A stretch of 64,000 nucleotides of DNA from Lytechinus pictus. Its lineage: Eukaryota. Position 1 is the first letter of the stretch. Each line of letters begins with the position of its first letter. This document shows positions 36,185 to 48,900 of the stretch, piece by piece. The stretch covers positions 19,902,001-19,966,000 of the forward strand of contig NC_087258.1 of the NCBI RefSeq assembly GCF_037042905.1. The letters are read 5' to 3'. A program made the translations under genes and the position numbers. The notes under the pieces were generated by a model. That model did no database searches, had not been told where the DNA came from, and worked only from the letters and a program-made list of their open reading frames with translations.

Positions 36185-38761
36185 ATGGCTCACGGTGACC
36201 CGAAGAAATGGAATCTTCCAGGATGGAGGATAGAGCAGAGATATGCGGGAAAAGTGCTCATCGGGAATTGGTCCGAGGAAAGAAACAAGGTAAGTTTTGC
36301 AATTTCTTTCCCCCATTTTTTCCGCAGGTTGCTGCACCCCGGCAGCGGAAAACACCTGTTGCACACTAGTGGTCTTGAAACGGCCGCCTCCAGCCCGCTA
36401 TGTTCCCTTAGTTACCGACTCGGGCGCGGGATTGCATGCGGCCAACTGCTGTTTTATTGTGGCGGACAATGATAACTTAGTCCACAAATCAGAAAATATA
36501 TTCTGTAAATTGAAAATGGCCAAGTAAAACCTAGGTCCTAATAAAATTCCTATGAGAAATTTTTTAAAGTAAGGAAGTAACATTAGATCTATTAATATAT
36601 TAGGCTAAGTAATAGACATCGAGGAGTCTAACTTTAGTTTATAACTTTAGTTTAATTTCAAGTCAGTGAGAAGAGAAAAACACATGGGCCTTTGGGGGTT
36701 AATTGGTGTCCGAACACTTATAAGTTTGAAGCCATCTTTTTTTGTCTTTGGATTACACTAAAAATATGAATTCAGTAGCTGTAATCTCCTATTTTGTTCT
36801 CTATAATATTGCCCAACAATTTGTGTAAAGTTGATGAAACTTCGCTTGTTAATTTTTCAAATGATTGTTTAAAATTGATTGTCTGGACACATAACCTGTC
36901 CGGACAACAACTGGGTAGATATGATGGAGAAGTCCAGCTTGTTAATTCAATTCCTGGAAAGAGATACCCAAACGAAACAACATCAAATGTTTCCCCTTCT
37001 ACTTTTTTTCTTCCATTTAGCCCTTTTCTTAGACCAAAATAGAAGTTAAAGTAAAATATTTTAAACTCATCTGGCTGGGATTAATCCAATATTATTGGCC
37101 TGGGGATTGACTTTAAGACACTGTCAAATTAAGAATCTAAAATTCAATCAACAGTGACTTTTAATACATGTTCTTAAAATCAAGCTAATACAATCAAGAT
37201 CATGGTATGTAACATAGTTTTTTGTATTATTTAGAATTGAACAATTCTGATCGAGTCTGACTGCACTCTACTTACAATTTATGATTTTTATAACTTTTTG
37301 TTTACTTACAGTTTGAGAAAGGAGGAGAGAAACACACATCAACTCATCGAAAGGATTATGTGAACAACAGGAATTTTGCTCCAGATGTTATGACCAGAAG
37401 AGCAGCTAAAATGAAAAACGAAGTAAGTTCAATTAAAACAAAGAAAATAAAAGCCACCCTCCCCTCTCCCCTCATTCAATTCCCCTTTGTAATTTAATAT
37501 TCACAATATGGGAGTTTACGAATCCCTGACAAACATTTGAACTGAAGTCTTTAAGAAATTGGTGAGATATTTCATGTCAAGTTTCCTATGATTCTGATCT
37601 TTATTTCTGAAATAGTATTTTTTCTTTATTCAACAAGATAGCCTGATAAGCCCCATACGGGGGGGGGGGGGGGGGGGGGTGCCCTGAATGTCCCATAAGC
37701 CATATAATAGGGGGGGGGGTGCCCTGATTCCTGAATGTCCCATAAGCCATATAATGAAGGAATAAATGAATTATTTTATCGTATCTTCCATGCTGGTATT
37801 TGAAATAAGTCATTTTTAACATGAATCCATTTTTTTTTTCTTTACACAGGGCCTTGATCAAACCTTGATTTTCGCTCACCATAACAAGGATCTAAAGAAC
37901 AATCTCATCTCGTGGTACGATGAACAGTTCAACAAGCGCGAGAGGTCGGAGAGTGACAAGCTTCCAGAGCTGAGGCACTGGGATGGCCAAAAACTAGCTT
38001 GGGAGCCTGAGAAAACCGATCATCCCGTTAAAGGTGAGGCTTTAACCCATTGCTTTCCCAAACCAAATGGGTGGGGGGGGGGGGCGTTTCACAGAGAGTT
38101 AAGTATGAATTTATTATATAATATTCTTTATAACTTTTCCAGTTGCATGTGATATAAAAGGCATCACTGTATTGGCCAAATCATGCTAAGAGGACGCATA
38201 CCACTGTGTATTAATCAATGAGATTGTGTGTCACATATCATGTGTGCGTCAGCTCTAAGCATAACTGTAAAAAGTCGCCCTTAACTTTTTTTGAAACACC
38301 AAATACCTGAGACGAGTAGTGAAGAAAAATCAGGAAATGATAATCTCTGTCCTCTTTTTTTTCTCAGCTCATAAAAAATATTGTTTCAAATTATATTTTT
38401 CTTCAGTCCATCAGTATTAATCTTTAATATCTTTACAATTTTTCCTTCTACAGGTGAACCTACAAACTTTGGTTTGAGAGACAGACTGCAGGAGAAATGG
38501 CAAGAAGAAGAAGCAGCCAAGAGGCTGAATAATTACAGCACGACATATGGACTAGACTACAAAAACAAACCAAGGGCCGCTCTTGTCACCGAACACTTCG
38601 CCCCGCACAGGTCGCTGTCGTCAAGAATGCATCCCGTCAACAAGATCAATAAGGATATCAACCTGCGCAGTACCTCCATCCTCCAAACTCCGGAACAAAT
38701 GCATATGAGGACGAGGAACGAGGCTGTGTCCAGACCCGGCCCTGCGCCCGTTTCAGTTTGA
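36185..38761 (+). CDS. CFAP107: Cilia- and flagella-associated protein 107 (C1orf158), microtubule inner protein; exons 36185-36289, 37312-37422, 37850-38033, 38454-38761; 235 aa
   Basis: Canonical GT-AG introns, phases 0,0,1; motifs PGWRIEQRYAGKVLIGNWSEER, LISWYDEQFN, LPELRHWDGQKLAWEPEKTDHP, PTNFGL match the C1orf158/CFAP107 family. Confidence 0.93.
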
Positions 38762-41700
38762 AGAGAATCGAGTGTAAGAGACAATGTGAACTGTTGACTA
38801 AGGTGTTGATCAGTGACAGGAACGTTGCAAAGGACGTCATTCTGAAATGTTATTTATTTAGGCCATGATGAATGTGATCATGAGAGTCCTTGGTGAACCA
38901 TCGGGGGTCAATGTTATATTTTGGGTACATGTCCATTTCATATCATGCATTTTAAATTGTATTTACTAGTTCCATTTATCATCATTCACTGACAGGAATT
39001 ATATTTTGTGAGAAAAGATCATTGATGCATATTGTCACAATTCCTCCACATATTTAAATTTGTATTTCCAAATAGTAATCATTAATTTTTACGACCAATA
39101 TACATGTCTAAAAGTAATTAAAACGAACTGTTATGTTTATCATAATGGCAGCTTATATTAATTTCACCAAATCCTATAAAATAGATGTTTAATGTACATA
39201 CAATTACATCCTGACATACAGTTTATATATTGTAATGATTTGTCTTTTATTTTGTGCTGTGATTCGCAATGTTGGTAATGTTATGCAATTTTATTACATG
39301 ATCATGTATTGCTATGCAAAATTGATATTATATGAACAGTATTCACTGATCCATCTTTAGATCTATTCATCTATGGTGCGGCCTTTATTTTCTTTCATGC
39401 ACATGTATTTTCTAATTTAATTGATAAGTTGTTGTTTGGAGAACAAATCAGTGTACAATTGTAATCGTAGGAAATCATGTTCAGACATATTTCAAAGGAG
39501 AGTTCAATTTGAAGTTGTATGTCTAATTGAACTCTTATTACTGTTTCAGACTTTCGATCATATGCCCATACTCATTAATGACTTTGTAAATTTTTGGTGT
39601 ACTACTCCGATTGGACTCTGATAAGCTGATATTGTGTTGTCCCACTTATTAACATTCATTGCCAAATTGAACAAGAAAATGATCAAGTTTTACATGTGAA
39701 TTTGTGTTTGATCAATCAAACGCACTAGTAAGCATATATCCAACTCCAGTTGCATTCTCTATTCTCTAGTGTGTGAAACATACCAATAAGAGAAAAATAT
39801 CTTCCATCAATTACAAAAAAAAGGTTCAATAGCCAATCAAATTCAAGATCTCCATACATGTAGGATTTATGATTGGTAGCAAAGTTAATAAGTAACAATC
39901 ATAGGTTTTATGCAACAGGGCACACATGTCTGTAACATTAGGAATATGCCTAACAAACAAGTCAACCTGAGTATTTAATGAGAATTCAGATTTTAGAAAT
40001 ATGAAATAATGAAGATGTATCCAGAAATTTTTCCAAAGAATCTTAACTGAAGTCCATTTTCCCTTTAATATTGGAAATCTCCTAAGCCATATGAAAACAT
40101 TTTTGTAGCTTTCATTTTCACCCCCCCCCCCGATCTTCAAACTTATCTTGCTTAATAAAACACCAAATAAAGGAGAAAAAAAAAGGATGTGTGAATTACA
40201 AACTACATGTATGTGTACATTGCACCTTTTACCTGTACAATTTAAATTCAGTATTTTTGCTTGGAAGCTTTACTGTGCTAACAAATCAGTTTCTTCAGAG
40301 ATTCTTCTGATTTCATAAGTTGAATGACGATATAAGCCTGTTTTTACCCCTTTATTGACGCATAAGAGAAATTTTGGAATACACATTTTCTCATGAGATT
40401 ACAAATACATAATGTTGAATGCAAAACTATATATTTCATATGCTTACCATGAATGATGCAAGGCTATACCAAATGTCAGTATCAATTATGTGATCAAATT
40501 AATCTATGCAAAATCATGTGCTTTATTGGTGATAAAATGTTTGGAAAGAAATGTGAATGTGAATATATATATGTTTATATTACAGTGCTGTTATCTGGAT
40601 AGTTTGAAATCAATTCTAGAATAAAGTCTAAGAGAACATGATATGCATATGTGTACTGTGTTTGTGACTTTTGTGTATCGGTGGAAGGGATTCAATTCAA
40701 TTCTGGTCCATAATGAATCGAGAAATAAAAGCTGAAGATATTACAATATTGACTGAAATCATCTTTTTATTTCAAATAAAAGTGTAAACACGTCGGTTTT
40801 TTTCTCACAAGGTTGAGAGAGTATATGAAAATTCAATTTTCACTCAACAAATCATGGTAGAGGAGGGGGGGGGGGGGAGGATTATTGGCACCTTAGAAAT
40901 CACATTTATTATTGTCATATAGAGAGATGGAGGGGGTATGTACGAGAAAGGTGGAAAGGGGGACAGGAGAGAGAGAGATAGATTGAGAGAAATTGGGAGG
41001 GGGAGAGCTAGATGATCAAATAGTATGCAAATATTGTGATGGGCGAATATGGCACAAACAAGAGAGAGGGAGGGGGGGGGAGGAGATAAATTAGCAAACA
41101 CATCGGCATGGGGGAAACTTTCATGGTTAATAAGCACAATTTTTTTTTCAGAAGAAATTAAAAAGAAGTATAAAGGTAGTGCTGAAGGACTCGATCATAT
41201 TACAAATGAATTGTTTTATGCATACGACAACATGGATATTTACTTTTGACTGGAAGTATCCAACCTTTTTGTCAGCTCCCCACAAAAAAAAGCAAAGCAA
41301 AAATAGATCATGTTTAAAATACAGTTTCACACAAACTTCTTGTAATCAGACTGCATTTAGTATTTGACAAGTGATCAATGTTTTCCATTATCGAACAATT
41401 AATGCTTCAATCCACTTTCTTCAAGATTTCTACATATTTTTAAAATAAGTTTTGTTAAGTTTTTTTTAATTCTTCAAATCAGGGGAATGAATTTGGGGGA
41501 TCTCATATATACTGAAGTAATTTAACAGTTTTAGAGGTGAGTCTTCATTAATTCTTTTCTCTCTATCATTACTGGATTTTTTTTCTCAAATTATTTTTTC
41601 CTTTCCCCAAAAGTATTAGCCCATGCAATATATATGATCATATAATCTTGTCGGTGGAAAATATGTTTGAAACCAAACTTACAATAAAAAGGAAAGAAAT

Positions 41701-42263
41701 AACACGACTGGCTGGACTATTCGTTTGTTCTAATCGATTTTAATTTTCCAGTTTCATGCAGATATGTTGTAGGGTGGCTATTTTTATCATGCCCATTTAT
41801 ACAGCTTGCAGGCCAGTTTAGTTACGTTAAATGTTTAATTTTCTAAACTGTCCTTGTAAAGAGGCTATCTTTTTATTGTGTGGCGTCGGTCGCGGTTGTT
41901 CCAGACTTACTTTTCTGACTGAGTCTAAGGTCCAATTCTGATAATAATCCCTACAAAATTGATGTGAATCATTGAAACTGTGTATGAGAAGATGGTATAG
42001 TGACAATATAACGGTAAGTACAGACGAATATTTCATTAAATTATCTTTTTTATCAGTTTTAAATACAGAAAATAGGCCATTGATTTTCCCTGTGATTTTG
42101 CGAAAGCGCCGCCTCATTGTGTAGACTACGCAGGTCAATTGGCCATTGCCATACGAGCGTGTGTAATTTCTGAGGCACACAAATGAATGTGTCATACCAC
42201 GATTCCTGGATATATACATTCAAATAGCACATAAGAGAAGTCGCCGGCTAAACCGCATGAGTT

Positions 42264-42718
42264 GACAGTGTATCTGCACGATTCTAGACTAGAGCAGAAT
42301 ACTAAAAGAAGATACGCAACGAATACAGACTTTGACAAATATCCACTAAATATCTGACTCAAAATGGTGGAAAAATAATGTCAATGACAATGTCAATGAA
42401 TTTTAGGCATTTCATGTGACGGCCTCAAAAAAAATTGCAGCCATTCCATTGCCATGCTCATGATTGGCCATTCTCACCAAAATTCCCAAATCGGGTGTAA
42501 GTAAAGTAAGTGGGTGCGCAGACTGGGGCACCATTGTGTTCAATCTGAAAATGACTGCCCAAGGTTTTTTCAAAGAAAATCATATAAAAATTATATATTA
42601 TTTCTTTCAAATTTTTATGAGATATTTGGTCCACTTATGATATTATTAATATAAGGAACAAATAACTGAAAGATTTTGTGAAATAAAAAGAAATTCATGT
42701 TAAATCTTAACTCAAATT
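42264..42718 (+). repeat. Left arm of a long diverged inverted repeat (pairs with 47540-47940)
   Basis: gtatctgcacgattcta, aaaatgactgcccaaggttttt and aactgaaagattttgtgaaataaaaagaa all recur reverse-complemented in the right arm. Confidence 0.8.
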
Positions 42719-43431
42719 GTTAGGTGCGCAGACTTGGGGACCACCATCATACTACATTAACGGATCCAGGTGGGGCCCCAGGCCAGGGGCCCAGCCCCCT
42801 CCGAGTCAGAGTATTGGCCGAGCGAAAAAAAAAGGAAAAAATCAAGGCAAAAGGGGGAAAAGAAACAAAAAAAAGGGAAAAGAGAGGAGAAAAAACTGCT
42901 ATGTCTGCCATTGGGCTCGTATAGCCAGGAGGCTTCTGGAGAGTAAAAGTCATTTTTAATACTGACGTAGGCTTACTCTCCATGAAGCCTGGGTGGGCAT
43001 ACCATTGCTCTACACGCACAGTAGTTTTTCCCACGGTGAAACTAGACCTAGATCACACATTTTACTTAAGGTTTTGAGCCCAAAATTACGTAAATGGGCC
43101 AAAACAATATTTACCCCCCCCCCCGAATCCACTAACGGTGCGTATATTTATTCAATAAATAGGAACAAAGTAGAAAAATAATTAAGAGCACTAGCGTTTA
43201 CTTACCCAGTCTGTTATTGTCGCCATCTTGCCATCTTTGTTATTGATACGTAGAGAACAGACGCGTGTATAGATTGCGACAATATCATTAGCAGTGCCAA
43301 CTTAGATTAAAAAAATACTTGCATCGGCCGATAAATATCATAAATCAATCTTTATGATACATGTATGTATCGACCAATGCAAGTATTTTACGATTTATGA
43401 TTTTTATCGGCCGATGAATTTGACATGTTAA

Positions 43432-44015
43432 AGGAGAATGAAACCCTTGAAACCAGCTGAATCCATATCAAAGAGAAAATTCTAAGAAACATATTGTTGA
43501 AAGTTTGAGGAAGATTGAATGAATAATAAGAAAGTTATGAGCATTTGAATATTGAGATCACTAATGCCATGTAGATCCTCCTATTTGCAATGCAACCAAG
43601 ATCTATGATGTCACACACGTACAACTCCCTTATTACTTTAGTACTTATTTCACTTATATTCTCACTTTTAAAGAGTCTATCACAAGGTGAGGTGTTCTCT
43701 TTATGAGAGGACAAGTACAGAGGTTTCACAACATTATATCATTGATGAATCGTTTGTCATATGATTAGAATGAGCAAAAAGAGATTTTTTGGGGTATATT
43801 TTCAGTGTTCAAAAGGGGAGAGTTGTTCATCTGTGACATCATAGATCTTGGTCGCATTGCCAATGGGAGGATCTCCATATCATTAGTGATCTCGACATTC
43901 AAATACTCATAACTCTTCTATTGCTAGTCCTATTTTACTCAAAATTTTGTTGATCTTATTCTTTGATTTTTCTGCTTTCACAAAAGCTAACTTGCTCCAA
44001 GAGTTTCATTCTCCT
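43432..44015 (-). mobile_element. TTAA-site MITE, copy 2 (inverted relative to 33180-33765); a second TTAA element (44020-44587) shares its right TTAA
   Basis: TTAA 43428-43431 and 44016-44019; AGGAGAATGAAAC TIRs. Confidence 0.85.
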
Positions 44016-44659
44016 TTAAAGTGATCATTTCACTTTGTTCTGATTTAAAAAATTCTCATTTTGGTTCTTGAAAATGAGCTAAACATTAGGCTTATAGTGT
44101 AAAAATACCATCTCAAAAGTTTCAAAGTATATCTACAGGATCAATTTAAAACATTGGAGATGTAAACCAAAGTTTCAAAATAATTGGGAGCTGGTTTCAA
44201 TGACTATGTGTATAGAGCGAATCTGTGCAACACAACACATTAACTCTAGATGAACACAGCATGACCTACATACAGTGTGTACAAGGTATACACTGAATGT
44301 ACAGTGCAGCTAATAGCGTGTGTATAGGAGATACACACAGCAGAAGGCAGTCAACATAGCCAACGGACTTTTTGAATTGGAGAAAATTGGTCATAAGCTG
44401 AGCCTGTCTACTAGACGGTTCTCAAAATCAAGCTAATAAATTGCTACTTGTATCTAAATTACAGTTTTTCATCCTATATTGAAGTCTGTTTCAGGGTTTT
44501 TGAGGACAAATACAGGCACTCGTACACATGTTTCGTCTCAGTTTGAGAATTTTTTAAATCAGCTGCTCATAAAGTTAAACGATCCCTTTAAGCTTTTCTG
44601 CAATATATTTTGTTTAAAATGAACACATAATGAAATTTGCATCAATATTTTCTGAATTT

Positions 44660-44851
44660 AATAATAATAACGGTATATTTACCAAGGGTAGCCACTTCAG
44701 TTCTGAAAACTGTTCTCCCAGCGGGCCCTGCATTTATTATTATCCCGGCTATAAAGCTAGGCTACCAATTCAGGTTCACACAGCTTTTTGAGGAATTACA
44801 TGTACTTCCTGCCGGTACCCATTTACCTCACCTGGGTCGAGTGCAGCACAC
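44660..44851 (-). mobile_element. 5'-truncated SINE (tail type A)
   Basis: Reverse complement of the core and tail seen at 26263 and 57855. Confidence 0.8.
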
Positions 44852-45339
44852 TATAGATATAATACAGATCTAATCGTCTTTTTTATTTGCAATGTTTACT
44901 TTCTCTTTCTATCCCAATATTTCATAAATCTTGAAATGTATCAAAATGTTTTGTGCCTGCCATTCAAAAGCCTGCCCTCTGTTCGACATACAAAAGTCAA
45001 TACATGCGAGCACTGTTAATTGCGCCGCGCCGCATGCGATATGCAACCTGGAAGATGCTCAGCCATTCGCTCCTGCATTACGCTCGGACCCCATGTCGAA
45101 TGGAGGCCTGCTGCTAGCATGCCGTCAACTTGATTTCTGTGCAAATTCAGTGCGGTAGACTTACTCTGTTTTTTCTTTTTTTATTTGTAATTTTTTGAAG
45201 ATATGATCCTAAATTTACAAGAACGTTCACAAACTTAGGACAAAACCTAGCCTCAAGGACTCCATGATGATATTTTTATAATATGTTTTTTTCTTGTTAT
45301 CACGGAGCCTAGACATGGGGTCTATATATGTGCAGGCCG

Positions 45340-45631
45340 CAGGGTGCTACATAACTTTTTAGAAGCGCTTGCCCGGTCGGGCAAGTAAATCTTTAAATAG
45401 TTGGAATATACTTGCCCAAAAATCTATTTCACTTGCCCAAAAAATCCTTGAAAAAGAAAGTTTACCTCTTCAAAAAAAAGTTTTGCGGTTTTATACACCA
45501 TTTACCTTTTTCCTTTCACATGAACTGATCTATTGCATTTCATTTTCCAAAGTGATTTTATCCTGCCTGCCATGACCAAAATTAGGGTCAATATCATATC
45601 GACCCTAATTATGGTCATTCTACTGTTTGTA
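45340..45631 (-). mobile_element. Partial copy of the CAGGGTGCTAC MITE, inverted relative to 46210-46629
   Basis: Reverse-complement match to 46322-46629. Confidence 0.75.
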
Positions 45632-45999
45632 ACACAATTATATAGACAAATTTAACAAATGATAATTATTTACATACAATTTACATTTTAGTTGTAATTA
45701 CTTATTTAATATTATATAATACTTGTTGTAAAACAATTTTCATTATTTATATAATTACCGGTATATATAACTAAAATTTAAATACGGGATTCAAGAGTGA
45801 CTTCATATCTTCTCTGTGAATTTTGGCCAACATGTACCTTGAAGGTTGAATGAAAACAGTGATTCAATTTGTAAAATTCACCTCACAGGGAGAAATAAAA
45901 AGATATGACATCATCACAATTAACTTCAAATTGATCTGTTACCGTTTCTTTTTTACCCCGACAGCTGAAGTTTGTTGTGAAAGCATCACATGAAACAAG

Positions 46000-48900
46000 A
46001 TGGAGGAGGAAAGCTCTGGTGCTGATGCAATGGACAAGGAAGTTACGGTGACCAAAGTTTCTGAGGGATCTGCCGATTTTGTCAGAATTAAGCAAGAAGT
46101 TGACCTGCCAGAAGGTTTGTATTTTTATAAAACCATCCCTAATTGACATATTCATCACAAATGAGTATGGCTTAATACAGAATTTAATGAATCTTCCATG
46201 GATAAAAAGCAGGGTGCTACATAAGCACTTGCCCGATAGCCCTGGGCAAGTAGAAGTTAGAGTTGGGCAAGTGTTTTGAAGTAAAGACCAAACTACTTGC
46301 CCGAAATGGGCAAGCAAAATTCACACAGTAGAATGACCAAAATTAGGGTCAATATGATATGATATTGACCCTAATTTTGGTCATGGCAGGCAAGATAAAA
46401 TCACTTTGGAAAAAAAAGTGCAATAACAAGGTAGATCAGTTCATGTCAAAAGAGAGAAAAAGGTAAATGGTTTATAAAACCACAAAACTTTCTTTTAAAG
46501 AGGTAGACCTTTTTTTTCAAGGATTTTTTCGGGCAAGTGTAGTAGATTTTTTAGCAAGTATATTCCAACTATTTCAGAATTTACTTGCCCGACCGGGCAA
46601 GCGTGTCTAAAAAGTTAAGTAGCACCCTGTAAAAAGGCTTGGCCAGAAGAGACTCAATACCAGCATAGAAAATAGTGCACACATGTATAAAGGCAATGGG
46701 AGATTTTGGCCTATTGACAATGCAAATTGCCCCTAAAATTCACCAAATTGCATGCTTTGGGGCGACCACCATTCAAGAGTCGCATTGAGATTTCCCACAA
46801 ATAATAAGTATGTTAAGACAAATTAATATTCCATAGAACAATAATATTAGCAGTAATGGCATAATTGATAGTGGCATGAAAAGTACAGTGCGGCCATTAA
46901 GGGACAAGTCCACCCCAGCAGAAAGATGATTGGAATAAAAAGAGAAAAATTCAACAAGCACAACACTGAAAATTTTATCAAAATCGGACGTAAAATAAGT
47001 ATGGTAATGAATTTTAAGGTTTTGCTTAATTTCACAGAACAGTTGTATGCACGTCTTGGTCGATATGCAAATGAGTGACTGATGACATCACCCACTCACT
47101 ATTTCTTTTGTATTTTATTATATGAAATATTTTTATTTTCTCCCCCTTCTAATGTGAAACAAAGTTTTATTCTTTCCTGAACATGTGGAGTTGAATTGTT
47201 TTAACATTTTATGGTTCCGCCAAGTTAAAGTTGAATCTGTAGAAACTGAAATATTACATTATTCAAACAATAAAAACAAGAAATAGCGAGTGAGGGATAT
47301 CATCGACTGTCTCATTTGTATATCACTGAGTTGTGCATATAACTCTCGAAACTTTGAAATGTCATAACTTTCTTATTTAACATCCGATTTTGATGAAATT
47401 TTCTGCGTTACTCTCGTTTGATTTTTCTCTCTTGTTTCAAATCGACATTTTTCTGGGGTGGACTTGACCTTCCCCCAAGTTATAAATTGCCCCAATGTGA
47501 AGAAAAAAATAGCCCCTGAAAAAATAACGATATGAATAACGATATGAATTAAGATTTAACATGACTTTCTTTTTATTTCACAAAATCTTTCAGTTAATAA
47601 TGGTCATTATATTATTATGAGTAAGTGTACCAAATTAAAATATCTCATAAAAATATGAAAGAAATGTAGAATTTTCTTGGAAAAAACCTTGGGCAGTCAT
47701 TTTAAGATTGAAAAAAAAAATGGTACCCAATGCCTGCGCACCCTTTCACTTTGCACACGATTCAGGGATTTTGATGAGAAAGTCTGCATTTTATTAAGGC
47801 CGTCACATAAAATGCCCCAAATTCATTGTTTTTCCACGAATTTTGAGTAGGATTTTTAAAAGAATATCTGTCTATGACTTGCATGTGTAAAGTCTGTGTT
47901 CGCTGCGTATCTTCTTTTACTAGAATCGTGCAGATACGCGTGTGCGCAGACAAGGGGGACTGCGCAGACTTGGGGGAACTTGCCATACATTGAGAATAGA
48001 TCCAGTAAAGAATTTCAATCCCTTTAATTTGAATTCCTTTGGGGGGGGGGGGTGGAAGATTTCTTCCATGGATGGTCCGATCAAAGAGACAATTGGTACA
48101 GATACAGATTAACACGAAGGGAACAAGATGATGGTATTATTTCTTAATTCAATTTCTCTTTTTTTTCAATATTTTTTTGTTTAGATGACACATATTACCC
48201 TATGGATTTTGGTATATCGGTTGACGATGAGGAAGAAATGAATCCTGTCTACGTCAATATAGAGCCTGGTTCCTCTGGTAAGTGCATTCAAAATCATGAA
48301 AATGTGTAAATGCATTCAATTTGTGTAGATGGATTTAAGTATGTGTACATGTTAGCGCATTCAAGTTGTGTAGATGCATTCAAATTTGTATACGTGCAAA
48401 TGTGTACATGCATGCATTTTGTGTATTATTATTAGTGCATTCAAATGTGTACACTGTAGATGCATTCATATTTTAATACATGTATGTACAGTTTACAATG
48501 TAAGTGCATTAAGTTATATCTTTGTTGAGCTCATTATTGGTTAATATCCAAATAATGCATGCAGCCGAGTGCGTTAGTGGAAATGCAAAGCATGCAAGGT
48601 TTCTTTAGATAGGTGCTGCACTGTACACGAGCCGCTTGCGGCGAGTGCCCAGTGTGCACCATCTGAAGAAACCGAGCTTTCTCTGCATTTACTCTTACGC
48701 ACAACAGAGCAACTGCATTATTTGTTTTATAAAATAACAACACAGAAACAAATTCTTAAAAATTTACAGTACAGTTTTGTTGGACTTCTACCGCACTGGT
48801 CTGCTTGAGCGTGCAATGTCAATTTTCGTTGCGCACCTTTTGCACTGCCGTGCTTGCATGCGTGCGTCATGTGACGCGTATTGGCCAATCGCAATGCTTG

